Assembly (NCBI GenBank): GCA_028534125.1 | Contig: CM052831.1 | Span: 25,048,001 to 25,112,000, forward strand | DNA length: 64,000 bases | Source: Lama glama | Taxonomy: Eukaryota | Direction of reading: 5' to 3' | Shown here: positions 48,881 to 60,560 of the stretch, piece by piece | Position numbering within the stretch: position 1 is the stretch's first letter | How the letters are laid out: every line of letters starts with the position of its first letter | Notes under the pieces: model-generated | Database searches by the model: none | What the model was told of the DNA's origin: nothing | What the model saw: the letters and a program-made list of their open reading frames with translations, nothing else | Translations under genes and position numbers: made by a program

Positions 48881-51394
48881 TAGATTTATTCCCACTGCTT
48901 TGACATAGGTCTCTTTGTTCAGAATTGGAGCCTGGTGTGGGTTTGCATCGTTAAAAGGCAAAGCTGTGTGGCAGGAGTGTGGGTCCACGGCTCACATGAG
49001 CTTGTGATGAAAGTGGGGGACAGAGGTGGCGAAAGCCCACAGGCAAATTCAATTTTTTCTAAAGAGGGGAAAATTCAATTTTGAAACAGACATGTCAAAA
49101 TTAGACTTGGAATCGCATGGTCTTCAAAACAAAAGAAGAAGCTAGGATTGAAATATGCTTAGTGCTAATATTATTCTACAAACATTCTGCAAACATCATT
49201 CTAGAAATGTAATGTCTTTATAATTTTCTACCTGCTGTAACAATACAAGAGCGTTGATGCAACAGTCTCTCACTCCCCTGCCACACGCACACACAGATGA
49301 AGAGGATGAAATGGCAAGTGGTGGCGGGGGTGGGGGGAGATGGAGGGAGGACCTTCTGGAGGGGCCTTCAGGCTTTGCCAGCTCAGACAGATGTGCCAGG
49401 AGTTGAGAGGGGGAGGGAGCCACTGGCTAGTGGGGAGTTTTGTGCAGGAGGGAGGAATGTGGGCTGGGTCTTTGAGATGTGAGTAGTGCCTGCCTGGAAG
49501 CAGGGAAGTCATAAGCACAAGCAAGAGGTGGGCAGGAGATGGGGTGCAGATGACCTGCACTAGAAAAAGAAGGATAGGAAGAGGCAAGGAGGCTGGTTGA
49601 AACAGGTGAGAAAGAGCTTCCCTGCTGGATGGAGTTGCGCCTTCAGCCTTGGTGTCTCAAGCCTCACCCCCTCTTCATCCAGAGCATGTGGACAGAGCCC
49701 TGGGTGTGGGGCAGGTGCAGGTCTCGTTGCTGCGGATACAGCAGAGAGCAGGCAAAGCCCCTATCCTGGGAGCTCTCGGTGGGGTTCGAGTGTGGACTGA
49801 AACCCGGACACCTGGGCTCTGGGACCGATAAAAGACAGAATCTGCTCACTACCTCTCTAGTTACCACTTCCCTGGCCCAGTAACCCTTTGCCTGAACAAA
49901 ATGACACCAAATGAGCCCAAAGGATTTAAACTGTTGGTTTGTTTCCAGGCCAATGGGAGCTTCAAGAGCCACAAAAGGACACGGTCACACAACAAGACCA
50001 AGCAAGCAATTTGTGATTAGAAGGTTCGGTGTTTGAATCCAGACTGCCACTCAGTAGCAGTGTGGCCTCGATGTGGCCCTAGGTGGCCCTGGCTTCTCCA
50101 AGGCTCATTTCCTTGTCTGCACAAGAGAAATCCTAGAACCTGCTGTGGGGATTCTGTGAGACAGTGTACAAAACACTCTCTGCCCAGTGCCTGCCAGGAG
50201 GACGTGCCTGGGGACACGCCAGGACGATCTCTACAGGAAAACACAGCCAGTTGGTACTTCCCAGACACTGACACTCCTCTGCCAAGAGCAGGGCACCGCC
50301 CAGTCACCAACCTGGAGGGGGATGGGCTCAATTTTCAAGAGACATGCATTAATGACAATGACCTAGTTTTTGGCAGGCAAAAGCACACCTATAAACTTCT
50401 AGCCTTGGCCTGCTGCTTTCGGCGGTTCAAAGTGTTCCCACATCTCCTATTTCATCTTATTTGCACGTAGGACAAATGAAGGAGGGAGAATACGGGAGGG
50501 GCAGTCCAGCCTGTCCCACGTGTCACTCGGCTGTGAGCTGAGGACGAGTGGCCCTAACCAAGTCTGGCAGTGTGGCATCGGCTACCCTGAGCATCCTTGT
50601 CCCTCAAAACTCAGGCCCCCAGAGCCAAACCTGGAGGAGACCAGGCTGTGGCCAGGAGTGTCCAGCTGGAGCTGGACCCTGATTCTTGCCTTGGCTCATC
50701 CTGACCCCGTAAGTTTCCTCCTGGGGAGAGGGCGGATGGCACACAGGTTCCTCTTACACTCCTTCCTCCTGCTGTCTGGGCACCATAGCAACAGATGCAC
50801 CTCCCAGAACTGTGGCTTTTCTGCTGCTTGGTTCTGAGCAGCACTGCTGGCCAAGTGGACCCGACGAGGATCCACAACTGTTTAGCAACACCCCCACCTC
50901 TCAGGTGCTGATAGCTGGGCTGCTGGCCACTTTCAGGGAGTAGGTCCTGCTCTCACTGTTAACTGTGGGACAACCCCTGGAGGTCTTTCCATGAATTCCC
51001 TGGCTATGCCATGCTTTAAAAAATGGTGTCCATCTCCTTAAGACATTGTAAGACTCTGAGGACAGGACCCAGTGTTTGTTAAATCTGCAGCCACAGCATC
51101 TTACACATGGTAGGTGTACAGAAAAGGTTTGTACAGAACACCTTGGTGCCAGGTCTCACAGACTATGACAGGAAAGACCAGGGACTTAACAAGGTCATAG
51201 CTCATTATTGGGGAGCCAGCCCTGGAAACCAGAGCACAGCATGGTGGCAGCTAAGAGGATGGGTTTGTGGCCAGGCTGCCGGGGTTTGAATCCTAACTTT
51301 AAAGCGTATTAACTAATAATCTTGGGCAAGTGGTTTTAACACTTCTTCATCTCAATTTCCTCATCTGTAAAGTGGAAGAGAGAAAAGTATCTTT

Positions 51395-51551
51395 GGGGCA
51401 GGGGAAGATATAGTTCAGTGCTTGGCATGCATGAGGTCCTGAGTTTAATCCCCAGTACCACCATTAAAAATAAACAGATAAATAAATAAACAAACCTAAT
51501 TACCTCCCCCACAAAATAAATAAAATTTTAAAAATCAAAAAAAAACTTTTT
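51395..51551 (+). mobile_element. Camelid Vic-1-type tRNA-derived SINE inserted into a MIR (51230-51660)
   Basis: 'ggggcaggggaagatatagttcagtgcttggcatgcatgaggtcctgagtttaatccccagtaccaccattaaaaataaa...aaacctaattacctccccc' plus A-tail. Perfect 11-bp TSD aaagtatcttt at 51384-51394 and 51552-51562. Confidence 0.88.
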
Positions 51552-53039
51552 AAAGTATCTTTCTGTCTAGTACTTGAAATGATTAAATGAGATACTATCA
51601 GTAGAGTGTGGAAAATTGGTCCCAGTACATAGTTAATGCTCCATCTGTGTGGACTGGAAGTATTTAATAGTTTTGGTATGCTAAAGTAAAAAAAAAAAAA
51701 AGAAAGAAAAAAGTTAAAAAACAGAACATTTTGTGTGAGTTATTAGTATATGTATGCAGCAAAGAGATGGAAGTAGTTACTCCAAAATGCCAGTGAGGGT
51801 TATCTGTGGCTGGTGGGATTATTATGGATGACTTTGATTCCTTTTACATATGACTTTTGAAATTAGGTATTGCAAAAACTTGTTTTAAAAAAACCACCTG
51901 GGGCCTCTAATTACTACCTCCCCCACCTCTTCCTGAATACGATTTTGGATTCCAAGGAGACACCCCTGCTGTTTCCAACTGCCTGGGAATGAAAGGAAAC
52001 CTGCAGAGACATTTCAGCTGGAGCAGTGGAGGCTACATTTCTCCAGTAGTTTGCTTGCACACCCAACTAGGAAATGAGACATCTTGTGTTTTGAGTGAAA
52101 CTCTCCCATTAATCATGGGGATACTACAGGTCTATCCCGCAGAGTGATGGGTATAATTACAGCCACCGTCTGCACAGATAATGCCAGCAGCAAAGAGAAG
52201 TGTGTGTGAAGTAAGTCTGAGTCTTTCTGGAGCTTCTGGAAATGTGATTGCTTCCTGGAGCCACAGAAGCCAGAGGTGAGAAGGTCTGAGTGGTCCCAAG
52301 ATCTCAGGTGGAGAGGAAGCATTGTGACAGCTACTCAGGGGCTTTCCTAAGACTCTCCAATATGTGAGTAAATGTGGGGTAGGCCAGAATATCAGAGAAG
52401 GATTCCACAGTCCAGGAATTGCCTTCAGGACAGATTACCCAAGTCTGACACATGATTTTCCCAGTCAGGCTCTGTGTCTGCTTTGCAAGTGAAAGCAGTG
52501 TGTACCCATCAAAATGTTATGATGTGTTCAGAAGCGCATCCACATACTTCACTGCAAAACGTACAAATTCTAGGGCCTAAAGAAGTGGATGGAAGGATGA
52601 CCAATAAAACATGTCCATTCCCAGCCACCTGCTCTGGCTGTTCCCTGCCCTCTTTGTACCTGTGGGCTCCCTGTGGGACCCTGAGCAACGCCAAGAATGT
52701 AGAAACTGAGACGGCTCTGAGAATCATAGAAAACGGCGTTCTCCTCCCTTGTGGTATCCACAGTGTCATGGGAACAAGTCTTAAGCACGTGTTCAGAGAA
52801 GTTCAGAGAAGAACACTTTTACGGTGGTTCACATACATTATGCCCCTGCCTATAAATAATCACATAAAACCAAAACACCAAAACTTTTCCCCATTCAGCC
52901 CTCTCCTGTCACCATAGCAACAGTCATCCCCTGATAAATATTAAGGGTGGCTATCAAGACAGCTGGATGGTTCTCACTGGGACTTTTCACCACTGGGTTC
53001 TGGCCAGACAGATGAGGCAATTCTGACACACAGAATGAG

Positions 53040-53295
53040 AGACAGTGCGGTAGAGTGGTTAGCAGTGCTGGCTCTGATGTTTGAATCTGGCCCTGCCCCT
53101 GCCCCTGCTGGCTGTGAGACCTTGAGCAGGTTAGTAACTTCTCCCCTGTAGACCCTTGGCTTCCATCCCTATACACGGGGTTAATACCAGCCACCATTTC
53201 TCAGGGTTTACCTGAAGATTAAATGCGATTTCGGACTCAAAAGTCCCTAGGGCCAGGCACACGGTAAGGTGTCTACAGAAGGTAGCCATTATTAA
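53040..53295 (+). mobile_element. Near full-length MIR SINE
   Basis: 'gtagagtggttagcagtgctggctctg...gctgtgagaccttgagcaggttagtaacttctc...gaagattaaatgcgat...ggcacacggtaaggtg'. Confidence 0.85.
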
Positions 53296-53904
53296 ATTAT
53301 CAAACTGATTACGTTTATTCTGTGTCTCCCACCAGGGACACAGAATCAAGCACAGGCGTGTGGACAAACTGTATATAAGGGTCCCCCAGAATGTTTAGGA
53401 CTTTATGCAAAAATCAGAAACTCCAGGAATTTGAACCAAGACATAAATTTCCTGATGCAAGGATTTTCTTACTCAGAGCAAGGACCTATCAAGGTATTAA
53501 CCAGCTAAGGGATTTATTTCTAGAACATATTTCTCCAAGTTCTCTTGGTAATTACCTAACTTTAGTTGACTTCAGAAGAGAAAAAGCAGGTGTCAGCCTT
53601 TGTGTGGGAGTTTTCTTACACAAGCATTGTTACATGTTTATCTTCCTGAAAGGGGGAAATAAAGGTCATGTTAACCATGTTTAGGGTTCAGAGCACAGAC
53701 ACTCATTTAGTTTTAAAAGGCACATGTATTAAAATAACTTTTCAATGGTCAGCATGACTTGGATGGAGACACATTCTGAATTTTACTATTATTAAACCTG
53801 TCTCTCTAAGTGAGATCAAACAATTGGGAGAGAAATCAGACTTTCAGACCTCAGACTGGGTCACAGGGAACATTTCTCTATTATAAAACAGGCATTGCAC
53901 AATT

Positions 53905-54755
53905 TGATCATAAAAAGACAGACAACACAATACAAAAATAGGCAAAAGATTTGAACAGATACACACAAAAGAATGAAGATACACACAAATGGCCGGTAAG
54001 CACATGAAAAGATACTCAGCATCATTAGTCATCAGAGAAATGAAAAATAAAACCACAATACACCACAAGACAATGGCTAACACAAACACACAAATTCACA
54101 GCAAGAAGAACTGACAATATCAAGTGCTGACAAGGATGTGGAAAAAGTGGGACTCTTACCCACTGCTGATGGGAATGCAAAATGGTGCAGCCCTCCTGGA
54201 AAACAGGATGACAGTATGTTTTTAAGTTAAATATAAACTTACTATGTGACTCAGCCATTCTACTACTAGGTCTGAAATGGAAACAGCTGTCCACACAAAG
54301 ATATGTGCGTGAATGTTCACAGCAGCTTTATTCAGAATCATCCAAAACAGGAAGCAACAACGAGTGGGTGGATAAACAAACTGTAGAATATGCAGACAAC
54401 AGAACGGTACTCAGCAATAAAAAGGAACAAAACAGTGATTCGTGGAACGACACAGAAGAATCTCAAAAACATCATGCTAAAGTAAAGAAGTCAAACCCAA
54501 AAGGTAATATATGAGAGCATTTATGTGAAATTCTAGAAAAGGCAAAACTATCATGACAGAGAGCAGCTCCATGGCTGGGTGAAGCTGGTAGGGGCGGAAG
54601 AGCAACTGCACGAGGGGATTCTTAGGGTGAGGGGATGGTCTGGTCTGCATCTGATGGTGGTTACACATAATTACTTTGTACACAATTACTCACTCTTCAA
54701 ACTGTATGCTTTAAATGGGTGAACTTTACTATATGTAAATAATATATTAAATGCA
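53905..54755 (+). mobile_element. L1MB-like ORF2 end and 3'UTR
   Basis: 'aagcacatgaaaagatactcagcatcattagtcatcagagaaatg', 'gtccacacaaagatatgtgcgtgaatgttcacagcagctttattc', 'ttctagaaaaggcaaaactat'. Confidence 0.88.
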
Positions 54756-54848
54756 AACATAAGCACTGAGTTCCGACATGACAGCCTTGGGGAGAGGGAG
54801 CTGCAATCGGAGGACAGGACTGGGGTGGGAGGGCAGGAGGGGTGCTGT

Positions 54849-55228
54849 AGGGCATGGCTCACCCATGTGATGCTTGATCCGTATGATTTATCCCCTAGGA
54901 TCAAGCCCATCAGTTATAACTGGGAACCTAGCACAGCCAAGCTCTGTTCCAAGAAGGGCTGTTAATATCATATCTATAGGGTTTTTTTTTTTCATAATAC
55001 AAACCTAGTGCTTTTTACTGTTATATTGATTTTTATTACAGGGCATGACTCATCCATATGATAACCTGAACTCAGTGATTTATCCTCTGAGCTCAAACCC
55101 ATCAGTTATAACTAGGAACCTAGCACAGCCAAGCTCTGTTTCAAGAGGGGCTGTTAATACCATATCTACAGGTTTTTTTCATTATACAAACTTAGTTCCT
55201 TTTATTATTATATTGATTTTTATTATAG
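54849..55228 (+). repeat. Diverged tandem duplication, 2 x ~190 bp
   Basis: Units start 'agggcatg' at 54849 and 55040 and share 'cccatcagttataact(g/a)ggaacctagcacagccaagctctgtt' and 'ttatattgatttttatta'. Confidence 0.95.
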
Positions 55229-55439
55229 CTACAAAAGGGAGTGAGGATAGGTCAAATAGCAGATGAGAGTGGTGAGGACTACGTTTATGGAGAAAGCATA
55301 TGTGAAGTCGAGTTCATAGAAGACATTCACAAATGGCAACTATTATTATCTGCCTGTTGTTGATGTGTCAGCATAAAAGTGTGAGTCCAGGCTTCTCGCA
55401 GGGGAGAAGCAACACAGAGCATCGAGAACAGGATTAGAG

Positions 55440-55826
55440 CAGTGAGTCCCCAGCCTTCTTAGTGCCAGACACCACCCCAGTGACTTCTCTTTAGAACAGG
55501 TATTCTTATGATGCCCTTTTTAATATCCTGAACATAACAATCGACTCATACAAATGATTTAAAAGAAATTAACACAATGCCCTAACTGCAATAAAAAGAA
55601 AAAAACAAAAGGAAAAGAATGTATAATAAAATAGCATTCATTTCAAGCTGTAAATGCTTGACACCAGTATGCTAGAGAACACTGATGGCGACACCAACAT
55701 GTCTTCCCTGAAATACAGGCCAAGAAAGGTGAGTTAAATTAGCAACTCGGTTGCCACCACCGCATTGCTATTGGTGACATGATCTTCCAAAATGGTCAGC
55801 AGCTCTGGGAAAACTTCCAAACCAAA
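55440..55826. mobile_element. Probable hAT-Charlie remnant
   Basis: Starts 'cagtgagtccccagccttctt' (Charlie-like TIR) with an AT-rich interior. Subfamily uncertain. Confidence 0.45.
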
Positions 55827-57599
55827 GTGTATCAATTTGGGTTCCAGACATAAAAGCTAACAAAATCAAATAGGATACTCTGGGGAGAGTTCAATAAAGA
55901 TACTGTTTCAAAGGAGAAGGCAGAGGGGAGGGGCACTAAAGGGATGGTTTCCGGCCTGAGGCTGGGAACTGGGTGTGTGTGTGGGGGGGTGGCGGGTGGG
56001 AGGGGTGGTTACTGAATCCTATTCCCAGCAGCTGTCTCCACCCTGGGGAGGTCCCTGACTGAGAGAGAGCATCTTGTCACCTCTGGGCCAGGAGCAAGAA
56101 ACCGGAGATTGGATGACTATTTTCCATCTCTCTCTCTCTTTGTCCACAACAGGTTTCTAACAGCTGTTTTCTTTTAAAAATGTTTGGTGGAAAGAGAGCT
56201 TAGATGATTTAAAACAAGCAGCCAGGTGGGGAAGACCTACAAGAGACATGATCAGTTGGTCCAACTAACCCAGGACCCTCTCTGAAGCCCCTTCTGTCTA
56301 CAGTTTCTTGGCTTCTAATCTGACTTCCTGTCCCTGGTGTCCAGGCCAGTGTGGTGGTCCTCCCAGCCCCCACCATCATTCAGATAGCCTCCAGCTTGCT
56401 CTCCTTCTGTCTCCATCTCTTCCTCCAAGCTGAATTGCTGCATTTTAATGTGGTCCAAGAAGAGCCAAATGTGCCTCAGGAAGCCAAGAGGCCCCAGAAC
56501 AGCTGAGGGGAGCAGGGCAGGGGGTCCTGGGCTTCCTTCCACAGCCCAGGCAGGGGGCTCCAAGTCACAAGGGCTGGGCCCTCGTGTCCAAAGGAGTCTG
56601 AGATCAGCAGTGTGTGGTTTCCAGCTCCGCCCTTTGAGCCCAAGTGTCTACTGCAGCTTTTACAGAAAGAAAGTCAGCAATTCATTCCAGCACCTTCTAA
56701 GTGCCAGATAGTGCTCCAGGCACTGGAGACTCTGAGACAAACAGGGGAAGTCCTCACCTTCCAGGCACTCACAGTCTGATCCTAAGAGTCAGACAAGTTG
56801 CTGGTGATCACAACATGAAAAACAAGAGCAAAGATTGAGGGAAGCCAAGCTGGGAACATGGAAGGAAAAAGCTCTCTATGCATGCTATTTTTTAAAACCA
56901 GAAAATGACTTTCTGTTTACTTCCCATTTAAGAACTTTAAAAAAATATATCAGTGTGATGGAGCACCAAATTAGTGGCCTGCCCAGAATGTCCTCTTGAC
57001 TCAGGCCAGCCTGGACTAGGCCTTCTTTGGAGACATGCACCCCTTGCTGCACCCACCCTGGCCCCCGCTTTCTGCAGCTTTCGGAGGTGCAGTCCTCTGA
57101 ACCAGGCATTCTGAACCACGATTCTGGGGGGTGGGGCTTTTGCAAATCAGGCCCTTATAGACTGGGGATGATGTTCTGTAGTTCAATGGAGGGAAAATCA
57201 AGAGGTAATTCTAAGCAGGTCTGGACTCACAAGGAGCAGCTGAAGAGAGATGAATGAAGTGGGAGGTGGGGAGACATGGTCGGGAGGAGCAATGAGCTTC
57301 ATCCTGGTGGTTTATTATGGGCTCCCTGTGGTCACAGGACGGGACAGGGCGTGAGGGCTTACTGGGATCATGAGCATGCTCCCAGCCTTTGCTCAGTGTC
57401 CTGTGTGCCGGGCCTGTACCAAGGGCTTTGTCAACACCACAGCTCCTACCCTCTCAGCAGACCCCAAATTCCAGTGCAGATCCCAAGGAGAGAGGAGCTG
57501 CAAGGGACAACTGAGGTTGTCTTTCATTTTACAACCTGATAAGAGTGATATACATGACACAGGATTACTCTTAATATAAAGGATGGTGCAATCAAGAAA

Positions 57600-58240
57600 T
57601 TATGGAAAACATTATACTAAAAAAAACCCTACGATGGGCTAATGAGCATATGGAAGTATGCTCAGCTTCCTTAAATAATCAGGTATGAAAACTAAAATTA
57701 GATACCATTATGTCTTCATCTATCATAACATTTTTAAAGAAAATTCTGGTTTGGTAAAGTTTTGACAAAATGGGCTGGCGGATGTATAGATGAATCAACC
57801 GTGGCACCCTGTCAGTGTGTATCAGAAATCTTGTACATAGTACTAACCTAGTAATTCCATTCTAGAAGAAGATAGATAAGGATTTGTTTGCAAGGATGTT
57901 TATCATATGTGTAAAGAACAAAAATTGGAAATGCCCCTAATGCCCAACAATAGGAAAACTGATCAAATATTGGATGGATCTCACACACATGAACACATAC
58001 ACACACACCTCCCCACACAGAGAATTCATGAGCTTAATTTTGTTCTTAAAATGAATATTTATATACTTTCTCTCTTTGTCTCTTTATATGCATGCAGAGA
58101 ACAAGACTGGCAAGAGATGTACCAAAATGTATTTATCTTGGGATGGTAGGACTATGGGCTTTCTTTTTTCCTTTAAATTTTCCCACTATGACCTTGAATT
58201 CATTTTATTAACAGAAAACAAAATTTTTTTTAAATCGGTG
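57600..58240 (+). mobile_element. Ancient L1ME-like remnant
   Basis: 'ctaatgagcatatggaagtatgctcagcttcctt', 'aacctagtaattccattctagaa', 'caaaaattggaaatgcccctaatgcccaacaatagg'. Confidence 0.65.
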
Positions 58241-59384
58241 AAGTATGCTTGCCCAAAATGAACCTAATCATTTACCCTCTAACTCCCACTTTGCATGAAA
58301 GAGAGAGAAACAAGTGAAATGACACCACCAAGAAACAATTTGACAAAACCCCCAGGAACCTTCTCTAAAGAAACTGATCATCTTCTCCAAAAGTCAATAT
58401 GACAAGGGACAAAAAATTGGGGGAAACATTCTAGATGAACGAAAACTAAACAGGCACAGCAATCATACACCATGCCCCTGACTGGGTCCTGACTCAGAGC
58501 CAGGTCTAAAAGACACTGTGGGAACAACCGGGGAAAGTGAAATATCTGTCGGCATTTTGATGTTTCCTTGGCCAAACTACAGACGTGCCACCCAGCTGGC
58601 AACTACCTGACCTGCAAAAGCCTCTAGAATCACAGTCCGTTATTAGACACACTCAGAGAAGCCATCATAGTATGTCCCTAAACCTAAGGGACATTCTGCA
58701 TAACTTCAAAATAGCAGCACATTTTTCTTCTCCATGTTACATAAAATGTCTACCAGAAAACTAAAGTCAGTTTCGATAACTAAACTTTCAGTAAGTACCA
58801 CTTATTAAACAGCAATGTCTTGGCTTACTGCACAGTAATTCCCATCCAGGGGGGACACATGAGATGCTGCAGGTGGGCTGAACAAAGGAGACCACCCAGC
58901 ACTGTCCCCCGTTCCCTACAGGCACCTGACACCCCCACCCCAGGTCAATCCTGAGGTCAGGCGATGTGGCTGTATGTTAATTACATGTAATTAACAAAAG
59001 GTAGGAAACTCTTGATTGGGGGCCCGATTTTACAACATGTGGCCAACTTTACCTCACTAGATTCTGTTATTTGGTTCCAAAGCTTTCGTTTGCCGGTGGA
59101 GGGACAAAAATACCTAACTGCTAATAATTGTCGCTGAAGTTTATACAACAGCCTATGATCTACAGAATTCTTTTACAGACATAGCACATTTAAAAGGCTC
59201 CAAATCTCCCAAGTGGGCAACTGTTCCTTTCAGTCTTGAAGTGTGCCTTGGCTGATGAGAATTTTTGCTAGTCCCCCGTTTTCCTCTGGGGTGCAGGGGT
59301 TGGGGTGAGCAGGGAAGCCACAAGTCTGTGTGTAGGTGAAGTAGGGGATTGTTTTCCCCATTTTATAGACTTTATACAAGGATA

Positions 59385-59505
59385 AGTACAAAATATATAA
59401 GAAAAAAGATATATAATGTAAAATGTATATTTATATATAAGAATATGTGTTTACATATATATATATAACATAAAAATTATATATATATAATGTAAATATA
59501 AAATA
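59385..59505 (+). repeat. AT-rich/(TA)n low-complexity tract inside a MIR
   Basis: Direct read. MIR 'ccccattttataga' before and 'gagattgacactcagaga' after. Confidence 0.85.
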
Positions 59506-60197
59506 TGGGAGATTGACACTCAGAGAAGAGCCAACTGCCAACTGCAGGCAAAACCCCTCCAGGATAGCCTGCAGGGCCAGCAAACTCGGCCTATTCCTCT
59601 GTAACGAGCAGGGAAGTCAAGAGTAGTGTATTTAGAAGATTGGGGGAGTGTGGTTTGAGATGGATCTTCAACAGTGGAAAGCTGGTGGGGACTGGACTAA
59701 GTTCTTGATATAATAGTTGAAATACAAAAAAAGGAAGTTTTTGAATGAACCTTAAGAGTAAACAGCCATTTGTCCTGAGAAAGGTGCTGTTTATCCTGGC
59801 GAAGGCTAGTTGAGTGCTAAATAAAAATTCAGATAAATGGATTTTCAGGAGTTCATGAAACCAATAATTAAATTATTTGTAACTTTATCCTCCCAGGCAG
59901 AAATTTTCTGCAGAGACTGGAGGATTAATTTTCATGTACACTGTGGTCTTAGAACTTAATCCTATTAAGCTGGGGCGGGAGGGTGGGGTGGGGGCTGCAG
60001 GTGGCTTCGTGCTCTGACGGTAGTGACTTGCCCAAGGTTGGCTGGAGGTTGACCTAAGTTTTCAGATCCAGGCCCTGGCCCTTCCTCGCACCACAGTGCC
60101 TGTCTTCAATACAGTGATGCTGAGCTCACCCTGCTTAGACTTTGCCGAAAAATCCTCAGACAGAGGATGTGTAAAGATATGGAAGCCCCAGGAATAT

Positions 60198-60560
60198 TGT
60201 GTGGGTTAGTGTTCCCCTAAAATTCAGCTCTACTCAGACCTTCCTTGGAAATTGGGTCTTTGTAAGTATAATTGGTTAAGATGAGGTCATAACAGATTAG
60301 AGCAGGCCCTGAATCCAGTGATGAATGTCCTTCTAAGAGGGTCATGTGAGGACACACAGGAAAGAAGGGGCAGAGATTGCCATGATGCAGCTACAAACCA
60401 AAGAACACCAAGGATTGCCAGCAACCACCAGACACTAGGAAGAGGCAAGGAAGGATTTTCCCTGAATCTACCAGAGGGAGGATGGGTTACCCAGATTTTG
60501 GATTTTCAGCCCCCAGAACTGAGAGAGAATAAATTTCTGTTGTTTCAAGCACCAACCCCC
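60198..60560 (+). mobile_element. MLT1B/C-like MaLR LTR
   Basis: 'ttaagatgaggtcataacagattagagcaggccctgaatccagtga...aaggattgccagcaaccaccaga...gagagaataaatttctgttgtttcaagcacc'. Confidence 0.85.

Noticed and set aside
51395-51470. tRNA gene
   Set aside because: This is a SINE head: D-arm region deleted, with A-rich tail and TSD.
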